A DNA stretch of 15,742 bases from Thainema sp. (GTDB lineage Bacteria; Cyanobacteriota; Cyanobacteriia; Phormidesmidales; Phormidesmidaceae), in the NCBI GenBank assembly GCA_052168235.1, contig JBQLZK010000106.1, positions 1 through 15,742 of the forward strand, in the 5' to 3' direction. The notes under the pieces are model-generated. The model saw nothing but the letters and a program-made list of their open reading frames with translations. It did no database searches and was not told the DNA's origin. Shown here one piece after another: positions 15,704 to 15,742 of the stretch. The first letter of the stretch is position 1, and each line of letters opens with the position of its first letter. Both the position numbers and the translations under genes were made by a program.

Positions 15704-15742
15704 TATAGTGATAAGTTTATCTAATCAGGAAAGCAAGCTAAT

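Overview
Cyanobacterial chromosomal segment, judged from at least 19 HIP1 GCGATCGC octamers and typical cyanobacterial gene families. The left part is housekeeping: an rbp (RRM)-rpsU operon, a convergent FtsL-like/ftsI pair, an M20 amidohydrolase, a Tat-type secreted protein and a DUF3318-type gene. The middle holds an orphan Nif11-like peptide and a 995-aa membrane-anchored protein with about 15 tandem 29-aa helical repeats plus TPRs. The right part looks accessory: a DUF4258/YgiT zinc-finger pair, a secreted major-royal-jelly-type beta-propeller, a MazF/PemK toxin-antitoxin pair and an AT-rich pentapeptide gene. The most unusual signal is non-coding. Five small (85-132 bp) MITE-like elements have unrelated terminal inverted repeats (TIRs) and different target duplications, yet each carries a near-perfect central palindrome. 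Four hairpins in the window share a GC-rich GC-NNN-GC tip with otherwise unrelated arms. All family assignments come from motif recognition, not database searches.
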